Positions 59,898 to 64,000 of a DNA stretch of 64,000 bases are shown in pieces. The position numbers and the translations under genes were made by a program. Each line of letters opens with the position of its first letter. Positions within the stretch are counted from its first letter, which is position 1. Origin of the DNA: Tubulanus polymorphus (taxonomy: Eukaryota; Animalia; Nemertea); assembly GCF_964204645.1 (NCBI RefSeq), contig NC_134027.1:14602485-14666484 (forward strand), read 5' to 3'. The notes beneath the pieces are model-generated. The model was given only the letters and a program-made list of their open reading frames with translations. It was not told the origin of the DNA and did no database searches.

Positions 59898-61112
59898 TGA
59901 TCCGCAGCAAGATTTCGTAGTAGCTAAAAAATGTTTGCAATGTTGATTTCCTGAATGCGTTGGTGGTTATTAATGGTTTCAGTCAACAAACGTAGTAAGA
60001 TGTAGTAAGCAGGTTGTTGTTTGATGCTTTGATCTATCAGCGCTGACCATAAATCAGCCTGTGGTAAAAATAATTCTTTCTCGGTTCTTCTGCTGCGTTA
60101 TCTGGCAAACATTCAGAAATCTTTTTATAAACTTAAGAATAGACGGAACCGTATTTGGTCGGAACAATGGGTTGCATTTATTATGCGGCTGGTGAAAGAA
60201 TCACACTGTTACTTCATGATACTCCCGACTACTTTCTATAAAAAGAAAAACGGAAGTATGGGGAGATATTGTTGTTTTGCTTTATCCCGCATTGTAATCA
60301 AATTTATTTAGTATAACAGTTATAGAATGATCTTAAGGGAGATAGGGGATCATAATGAAGTTCCGAATCAAAAGTATTTATAATAATTCAAAAAGAAATA
60401 ATCAGTGGTACCGTAATCTGAGACAAATACTATAGTTTCAAAAATATATTTAATTTGAATATCCTAGATGTTAAATGAGAACAAAGTCTCTATAATCGCT
60501 AAAGTTTTAAGAAAATGAATTTGTGTTAGATGATAATACTAGCTCTCTAAAGTTTCTCTTGTTGTATACGTCTGTTGGTAACTCGCTGAGAGTAGCTGTT
60601 TTCTCAACGATGATAAGCAAGGAGTGAGTAAATCATTCCGCCTCATGACAGGAGGGTTGGAAGGAAAAAGTTAGTTTAGCAAATCAGTTTCTCAAATAAT
60701 TTTAGATCAGCGAATCATTAAGGCCAAATTCTATATGACCAAAACAGTCATGACAGTAAGGTTGCTGCTCCTTGCCAAAAGTCGAGTGGGAGAGTCGGTA
60801 TTTTAAGAATGCCGATTCTTTCTATAAAAGGGATCCGCATCTTGAGAGAGCAGTCAATCGGGAGAATCTGTACCTTAGTAAGACGAGTGTCGACAGCAGG
60901 ACAGGAGAAGCTTCGGAACGATAGGGATCCATATAATAGGGATTAGGAAAATCATTCTTTGTTCAAGGTAAATAAAATATATTATCTTCAATATTATCAT
61001 CCGGTATTTCAATTTATTCATTCGGATTTGTGCACGGACACGTTCTCTCGCCAGGGCCTTACTCAAGTATTTTATAGATAACGATAAAGAGAGAATTGTG
61101 ACCGGTGTATCA
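59898..61112 (+). repeat. Full-length 3' LTR (about 1215 bp)
   Basis: First about 163 bp and last 9 bp match the 5' LTR; TATA-like TATAAAAG at about 60823 and AATAAA at about 60971. Confidence 0.75.
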
Positions 61113-62142
61113 GTACAATCAAAGTATTTTTTAGAATTGATTACTAAACTTAAGTGAGTATAATTTAAGTGTTGCTCGATAAGTGAGTATAATTTAAGTA
61201 ACGCTCAATAAGTGAGTATAATTTAGGTTACTCGATAACTAAGTAAATTTGAACTAGTTATCAACTAAATACTCGATATAATTGAGTACAAGTTAAAAGG
61301 TTTTTAACGAAACAGTTGTGAACTTTGAGAAAGTTTTAAGTGTGCATGTAACCATCTATTTTTAGTCAAGTTTATAGGTTTATTGTGTACTATTAAGTAG
61401 TCAAGTAATCTTGTTGGATAAGCCAACTGTGTAAAGTTAAGAATCTGTATCATTATCATTTGATTGGCAAAGGATATGTTGTAAGTTAGCAAATGAACAA
61501 TATTTATGTAGATAATATTGTTTGAAGATCTGATTTAACAGTCTATAACGAATATCGTGATAAGCACTATAATTTGTTATTTACGAGCTTCATATTCTCT
61601 GTTTATTATTCTCTTAGTGCATAATTCAAGTGTGAGTGAAGTGCTGTTTTAGAAATTTAAGTTAAATGGTTGAAAGGGTCAATTACTTTCAGTGTTCAGC
61701 TTTCATTTAAACTTAAACTTAAGCACAAACTTGTCATAAATCGATTAAGGTGTGAGTAAGTATAAGTACAGTGTGCATATTGTATAACTACTGAAATTAA
61801 GTGGTATTGATTCTGTGGAGAATTATTGTCTGTGTTAATTGTACTTGTATTCATATTTCTTTTGGTTGAATTTAACAGTTCATCTTACATTTTCATCAAA
61901 GACTGAAATGATAATTGAAGTGGTTGTATTCATTTGCATATTTAATGATATTAATTAGCTACATTTGGGTTTGTGAATTTAAGTACATTTAATATTGATT
62001 GAAGTTAAGAAGTAGGTAAATTTGAGTAAATTCACTTAGGTCTCAAATACTCTATTCTCCATTGGTTTGGAATTATTACTCGATTTAGAGGTTCATACCA
62101 GTAGTAGTACACTGTATAATAGTTTTTCAATTAAATTTCAAA

Positions 62143-64000
62143 ATGGCGGCTCTTTTTGATTTGTTAGAACAAAGACGCAAACAGCGTACAAAATTCACTA
62201 AAGCTTCCAAGCAGGTCTGTCGACATGTTGAAAAGGCTGAAGAAGTTTTGAGTGATGAAGTGTCTGACTATGACGGTATGAGGTTTGCATTAAGAACAGC
62301 TGCAAATAGTCTGATTGATCTAGAAAGGCTACATGAAGCCCTATCGGAAGTTCAAGAGTCGATAGACTATCATAATGAGAATGACAATCGACTTGAAGGA
62401 ATGAGCTCTGATCAGAGAGATCAAGAAGAGGAGAACGAAGCTAAGTACATTGATGAGTATATTACACACAAATCACGAGTTGAGTGTCTGGAGATTAAAT
62501 TACAACAACCGCCTAGAGACTTAGTTTCAGATAATGTCAGCAATCCAGGTAGTGCTGCTGGAGGTGGAATTACAGAAGAACAACTCACCAGACTTCTTAC
62601 AACAATTGCAATAAAGAAGCGAGAAGTGACTATTCCGCAATTCAAGGGAGATATTTCCATGTTTGAAACTTGGCTCGAGTTAGTTAGTGAAGAAGTGACG
62701 AAGCCCGGTTATACTCCAGTCGAGAAAACACACTGTATTCTTTCTCTTCTGGATGGAGAACCCAGAAAGTTGGCGCTTGCTTTGAAGAGTCCTACATTTG
62801 ATGACGTGGTAGCAGCACTAGAATCTAAATATGGTGATGTCACAGCCAGGATTCAAAAGGTAATCCAAGACATAGCTTGTGTCCCAGCTGCACACAACCC
62901 GTCGGTAAAAGAACTAGATCAGCTCTATACATCGCTGCTGTCATCGTGGAACTATCTTATCCGAAAAACTGAGGATCCAACTAGTCTTCAGAACAGTAGC
63001 TGGATTTTGACATCCTTAGTGAGACCAAAGATTCCTAAGTCTCTTATAAGACGTTGGGATGCTGAAACACTGAAGAGGCAGCATGGTCATAAGATGCCAA
63101 TGAAGTTCGAGGATCTTTTGGAAAAGCTCAAAGAAGCTTAGCAGGTCGCTCGAAGGTCTGATTCTGGAAAACCCGATGCAGTTCCTGTTCAATCGGGTGG
63201 AGCCAAACCAAAGCGCTTTAGGCCTTCTGGGCAGGCCCTGCGACTTGGAGCTAAGGAGATGTCTGTATTCAAGTGTGTGTTCTGTGGTGACGCAAGCCAC
63301 AAGGCACCTAATTGTACAAAGGTACACAAGATGCCAATTCCGGATCGCTTAAAGAAAGTCCAGCTTTCTAGATATTGTTTCAAGTGTTTATTGGGGAAAC
63401 ATTTCTGTAGTAGCTGTCGGAGCCCTGGATGTTCAATGTGTCATGGTTCACACCATGACTTACTACACGCTACCAAAGTGAGAAAACCAATTAAGCCAAC
63501 TTGTGGCGAGAATGGAGCTCCTATCGAACAGCCGAAGACTGAGACAGAAAACGTCCAAGCTGGAAGTAGCTTGGTAAAAGCTTTGAAGCAGCCTAAACAA
63601 GTATTGATGCAAACAGGAATTGTGACTTTGGAGTCACGGTCAGCCATCGCTGAAGGTCGTGTACTGTTTGATACTGGTAGCAGTGTGAATTTCATCAGCA
63701 AATCAATGTCTAGAAAATTGGGACTTCGTGGTGTAAAGGCGAAGGGAGAATTCACACTAGCAGGTGGAGGTGCCATGAACGTTAATACTGAAAAGGTGAG
63801 GAGAGAATCCCACAATGATAATAAAAAGTCCGAAAATGAAACTTCGAGATTGGCGTGGTGAAGAATTTGAAATTGAAGCATACGTTTTGGAGAAACCGAG
63901 TGCCGATTTAAGTCCCGCCTTTATAGAAGTTGACAAGCTGTCACATCTAAATAAACTGAAGTTGGCTGAGAAGTATCCTCGTACTGAAGAGTGTGAAGTC
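62143..64000 (+). pseudogene. BEL/Pao gag-protease polyprotein with a premature TAG (63139) and a frameshift near 63800-63850
   Basis: DUF1759-like IPQFKGD..FETW..LLDGEP. ORFs 62143 and 63259 are in one frame. Triple knuckle CVFCGDASHKAPNC / CFKCLLGKHFCSSC / CSMCHGSHHDLLH, protease LFDTGSSVNFI, then EIEAYVL..HLNKLKLAEKYP in another frame. Confidence 0.87.

Larger units (their letters stand above)
54655..61112 (+). mobile_element. Gypsy/Ty3-type LTR retrotransposon, non-autonomous, 4-bp TSD GTAC
   Basis: GTAC|TGATCC...GTATCA|GTAC (TSDs 54651-54 and 61113-16). 5' LTR 54655-54825 (internally deleted), 3' LTR 59898-61112, PPT GGATGGGGAG at about 59885-59894, PBS, gag and protease. Confidence 0.88.
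53834..64000 (+). mobile_element. BEL/Pao LTR retrotransposon (putative 5' LTR 53834-54438; leader interrupted by the Gypsy element; continues beyond the window)
   Basis: BEL-type gag-pro at 62143 onward. The same AAGTGAGTA(C/T)AAT leader repeat lies on both sides of the Gypsy insertion (about 54530-54654 and 61113-61290). The LTR assignment rests only on TGTT...AACA ends, and no clean PBS is seen. Confidence 0.65.

Noticed and set aside
63139-63141. Programmed stop-codon readthrough in BEL gag
   Set aside because: The stop precedes the zinc knuckles, BEL elements normally have one ORF, and a further frameshift downstream indicates decay.

Overview
Eukaryotic (animal, most likely marine-invertebrate-type) AT-rich genomic DNA with spliceosomal GT-AG introns and no recognisable host protein gene. 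It is a dense nest of transposons. From left to right: (1) a large CMC/EnSpm(CACTA)-type DNA transposon, left end probably upstream of the window and right end at 20940, with a two-exon transposase and a 10-exon DUF4806-like second gene. That gene is interrupted in its 9th exon by (2) a second, degenerate 5.8-kb EnSpm-type element with ACACGTGT subterminal arrays. (3) Tandem Helentron/HINE-like elements occur at about 21.5-23.4 kb and 35.1-37.3 kb. (4) A 3.4-kb long-TIR element has a near-perfect 9-bp TSD and a composite-like architecture. (5) A 2.6-kb inverted duplication (31171-33738 / 51274-53822) brackets 17.5 kb containing (6) an apparently complete 9754-bp CACTG element with an intact 843-aa C2H2-transposase and a multi-exon SAMD3-like gene. 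That gene has an N-terminal CIDE-N-like domain and six tandemly duplicated exons, and the element sits at the symmetry axis of a foldback MITE. (7) A Gypsy-type LTR element (tRNA-Phe PBS, gag, -1 frameshift, long acidic linker, protease, decayed pol) carries an unusual upstream WDSNP/B-box repeat ORF and is inserted into the leader of (8) a BEL/Pao element that runs off the right edge. All family and domain calls come from motif recognition by eye, not from database searches.
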